From positions 1 to 37,060 of IMG/VR virus record IMGVR_UViG_3300022666_000349: a stretch of 37,060 nt of DNA; one strand, given 5' to 3'. A program made the position numbers and the translations under genes. The notes under the pieces were generated by a model, which was not told the DNA's origin, did no database searches, and worked only from the letters and a program-made list of their open reading frames with translations. Origin of the DNA: a virus. Taxonomy: Duplodnaviria; Caudoviricetes. Of the stretch, positions 34,694 to 37,060 are shown one piece after another. The first letter of the stretch is position 1. Each line of letters begins with the position of its first letter.

Positions 34694-35473
34694 ATGAAAG
34701 GAGAATTGATTGTAGCTGGCGTAGGAATCAAGCAGGATGCGGAAGGCCGATACTGCCTGAATGACCTTCACCGGGCAGCAGTTTCAAGCGGGGCGAACGC
34801 AAGATCCAAGGAGCCTAACAAGTTCTTTGCTAGTCCGCAAACAATTGAGCTTGTTAAGGAATTATCCGATACCCAAAATTCGGGTATCGCTCCAGTCAAT
34901 GCAATAAGAGGTGGAATAGAGCAAGGTACCTACGTTTGTAAAGAACTCATCTACGCCTACGCCATGTGGATAAGCGCTGCTTTTCATCTCAAGGTCATCC
35001 GCGCATACGATGAAATGGTAACATCTCCACCGGCCATCGACCCCATGCAGATCCTCAACGACCCGGTCACCATGCGCGGGCTGCTTTTGAACTACTCCGA
35101 AAAAGTAATCACCCTCGAAACCAAGGTCGCCGACCTGGAACCCAAGGCCGAGGCCCTCGACCGCATCGCCACTGCCGACGGCAGCCTCTGCATCACCAAC
35201 GCTGCCAAGGATCTCCAGGTCCGGCCCAAGGTCCTCTTCGGCTACCTCTCCCAGAACAGATGGATATACCGCCGCCAGGGTGGAACCGGCTGGGTCGCCT
35301 ATCAGGACAAGCTCCAGCAGGGACTCCTCGAGCACAAGGTTACCGTGGTCACCCGTGGCGACGGTTCGGAAAAAATGACCGAGCAGGTGCTGATAACCTC
35401 GAAAGGCATGGCCAGGCTGGCGGAGCTTCTCAACCCGTCACCCTTGCGTCTCGTGGCGGGCGGTTTCAAATGA
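34694..35473 (+). CDS. Phage antirepressor (KilA-N plus ANT/KilA-C)
   Basis: QDAEGRYCLNDLHRA...GTYVCKELIYAYAMWISAAFHLKVIRAYD; C-terminal PKAEALDRI...QVLITSKG. Confidence 0.93.
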   Translation: MKGELIVAGVGIKQDAEGRYCLNDLHRAAVSSGANARSKEPNKFFASPQTIELVKELSDTQNSGIAPVNAIRGGIEQGTYVCKELIYAYAMWISAAFHLKVIRAYDEMVTSPPAIDPMQILNDPVTMRGLLLNYSEKVITLETKVADLEPKAEALDRIATADGSLCITNAAKDLQVRPKVLFGYLSQNRWIYRRQGGTGWVAYQDKLQQGLLEHKVTVVTRGDGSEKMTEQVLITSKGMARLAELLNPSPLRLVAGGFK

Positions 35474-35676
35474 GCCCCGTCGCGGCACTGGCCGCTGATA
35501 TCTCCCCGGACATGGACGACAGCCAGAAGATGGAACTGTTGCGAACCGTCTGGCGCTACCGCACATTACCTCTTCCCGTCCTGATTCTCTTCACCGTCAC
35601 CATAATCGACCACGAAACCGGAAAGAAACTGTACAAAAAACTGTCAAGCCTCGTGAAAACAGTAAAACCCCTCTGA
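35470..35676 (+). CDS. Small hypothetical protein coupled to the antirepressor
   Basis: ATGA overlap; 68 aa. Confidence 0.5.
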   Translation: MSPVAALAADISPDMDDSQKMELLRTVWRYRTLPLPVLILFTVTIIDHETGKKLYKKLSSLVKTVKPL

Positions 35677-35686
35677 AAAGCCCGCC

Positions 35687-35726
35687 GCCTTCCCGGCAAC
35701 CCGTCAACCGCGGCTTGCCGGGAAGG
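35687..35726 (+). terminator. Hairpin ending the antirepressor operon
   Basis: CCTTCCCGGCAA/TTGCCGGGAAGG 12-bp stem; weak U-tract. Confidence 0.5.
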
Positions 35727-35746
35727 TTAGAATAATCATAAACAAT

Positions 35747-35792
35747 TTGACTCACTGGAGGCTTTCTAGTATTGTTCAACATTATATTGAAC
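35747..35792 (+). promoter_or_regulatory. Lysis-cassette promoter with operator copy 4
   Basis: TTGACT-17-TATTGT; GTTCAA-CATTATA-TTGAAC (35774-35792). Confidence 0.72.
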
Positions 35793-35819
35793 ATCGAGAA
35801 ACCAGGGAGCGAGAAGGTT

Positions 35820-36080
35820 ATGACCGAATGGCGCAATCCAAGATATCCGGAGCACACGCTGACCGACCATGACATTGAAATCCTCCGGGCGATCATCAAG
35901 GAGAGCGGTCACACCTGCTCTTTTACCGATGAGGAGCGGCAACTGCTGAAAGACATGGCGTCCGGCGGCAAGCTCATGAAACGAGCCGTCATATATCTGT
36001 TTGTCGCCCTGGCGTTATGGGCCGTCATCTCGGATGCGGCCCTGAAAAAGGCCGCGCAGATGATGGGGTTCATAAAATGA
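35820..36080 (+). CDS. Single-TM membrane protein (holin/antiholin candidate)
   Basis: C-terminal hydrophobic helix AVIYLFVALALWAVI; first gene of the lysis region. Confidence 0.55.
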   Translation: MTEWRNPRYPEHTLTDHDIEILRAIIKESGHTCSFTDEERQLLKDMASGGKLMKRAVIYLFVALALWAVISDAALKKAAQMMGFIK

Positions 36081-36199
36081 GAGAATGCCCGAAAGATTGC
36101 CAGGCGAAAGGAAAGGGCGCCTTGGCCCATGTGGAAAATCCCGATTGCGTCTGGAGAGGCTACAACGTTGAAGATGTAAAACCGGAGGCTGAAAAGTGA
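36077..36199 (+). CDS. Small hypothetical protein
   Basis: ATGA overlap; MRECPKDC... 40 aa. Confidence 0.35.
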   Translation: MRECPKDCQAKGKGALAHVENPDCVWRGYNVEDVKPEAEK

Positions 36200-36369
36200 C
36201 CTGTAATATCAGATGCCCGCTGAACGGGCGGATCTGTGAAGACTGCATGAACAACGAATCCGAACCGGACGGCCCCGATCCGGCGATGTATGAAGGTGAC
36301 GGCCATCCGCGCGAAGATGATTGGGAATTCGGCGTTCAACCGCACGGCGCCGGAAGCTGGGGAATATAG
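36196..36369 (+). CDS. Small acidic Cys-rich protein (not in ORF track)
   Basis: GGAGG RBS, GTGA overlap; MTCNIRCPLNGRICEDC...WGI, 57 aa. Confidence 0.45.
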   Translation: MTCNIRCPLNGRICEDCMNNESEPDGPDPAMYEGDGHPREDDWEFGVQPHGAGSWGI

Positions 36370-36384
36370 TCAGAGAGGGGCAAA

Positions 36385-36849
36385 ATGAGAGAATTCGACA
36401 TGGTAGTCATTCACTGCTCGGCCACGCCAAACGGCCGGCGCAACACTGCGGAGGACATAGACCGGTGGCACCGGTCCAACGGATGGCAGCGCAAATCGGC
36501 GGCATTGCGCACTTTCAATCCCCGGATGACATCCATTGGTTACCACTACGTGATACAGGTTGACGGGACGATCCGCACGGGCAGGTCGGAAAACGAGATC
36601 GGCGCGCATGCCGCCGGATACAACATCCGGAGCATAGGAGTGTGTCTCATCGGGACCGATAAATTCACAGCCGCGCAATGGGAAAGCCTGGCCGACCTGA
36701 TACGGCGCATAAAAGAAGGCCGGAAGGTCTTGGTATTAGGGCACAGGGACCTGAAAGGTGTAAGAAAATCCTGCCCAGGCTTTGATGTATCCGAATGGCT
36801 CGCCAACGGAATGACACCGCCGGAACAGCAGATATTGCCTTGGGGCTAG
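36385..36849 (+). CDS. Endolysin, N-acetylmuramoyl-L-alanine amidase (Amidase_2, T7-lysozyme-like)
   Basis: VIHCSAT, IGYHYVI, GAHAAGYN, GHRDL...KSCPGFDV. Confidence 0.95.
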   Translation: MREFDMVVIHCSATPNGRRNTAEDIDRWHRSNGWQRKSAALRTFNPRMTSIGYHYVIQVDGTIRTGRSENEIGAHAAGYNIRSIGVCLIGTDKFTAAQWESLADLIRRIKEGRKVLVLGHRDLKGVRKSCPGFDVSEWLANGMTPPEQQILPWG

Positions 36850-36892
36850 ATGCTTTGTTAAAGAATAAATTAAACAAAGGAGGGATAATAAA

Positions 36893-37060
36893 TTGAAAAA
36901 CTGGAGAAGTAGTTTAGCGGGTCTTGCGACGGGAGCGGCCCTGATATATGCAGGAATTAAAACAGGGAACCACGAACTGGTTTTAGCAGGGATTGCCGCG
37001 ATTACGCAAGGTCTGGTGTCAAAAGATAGTAATGTTACTGGTGGCACAATACCCCAGTAA
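36893..37060 (+). CDS. Small two-TM holin-like protein (not in ORF track)
   Basis: TTG start after AAGGAGG; MKNWRSSLAGLATGAALIYAG...LVLAGIAAITQGLVSKDSNVTGGTIPQ. Confidence 0.7.
   Translation: MKNWRSSLAGLATGAALIYAGIKTGNHELVLAGIAAITQGLVSKDSNVTGGTIPQ

Larger units (their letters stand above)
1..37060 (+). mobile_element. Temperate phage/prophage segment, probably podovirus-like; boundaries lie outside the window
   Basis: Co-oriented replication, packaging, head, tail, ejection, antirepressor and lysis modules; no tape-measure or sheath gene; no integrase or att site seen. Confidence 0.95.

Noticed and set aside
34404-34731. ORFs across the antirepressor leader on both strands
   Set aside because: No clear RBS or motifs; the region is better explained by promoter, operator and RNA structure, though a short icd-like peptide cannot be excluded
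1-37060. CRISPR array, tRNA or rRNA genes, integrase/att sites
   Set aside because: No regularly spaced repeats, full cloverleaf or recombinase ORF detected by eye; unit B has only a T-arm-like hairpin

Overview
A ~37 kb GC-rich temperate-phage (prophage) segment, almost all on the + strand. Gene order: small early genes; a minus-strand cargo island (3.3-4.9 kb); replication initiator and DnaC-like loader; TerS, TerL, P22-like portal, scaffold and N4-gp56/DUF4043-type major capsid; podovirus-type adaptor and tail genes (no tape measure or sheath gene seen); two probable ejection proteins, one a 2960-aa polyvalent protein; a minus-strand toxin-antitoxin cluster; a KilA-N/ANT antirepressor; and a lysis cassette (amidase plus holin-like genes). 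No integrase, repressor or att site is visible. The most notable observation is four antisense sigma70-type promoters inside the 2960-aa ORF. Each lies just downstream of a complete or vestigial nuclease-like (PBECR/MuF-C) module and points into a ~70-90 nt fold-back sequence, suggesting small RNA genes embedded in-frame and paired with nuclease domains. Also found: a four-copy GTTCAA-N7-TTGAAC operator at four putative promoters, a C4-like RNA switch before the antirepressor, and integron-derived material (attC-like site, HNH cassette, group IIC intron 5' fragment). All family assignments come from motif recognition by eye, not database searches.
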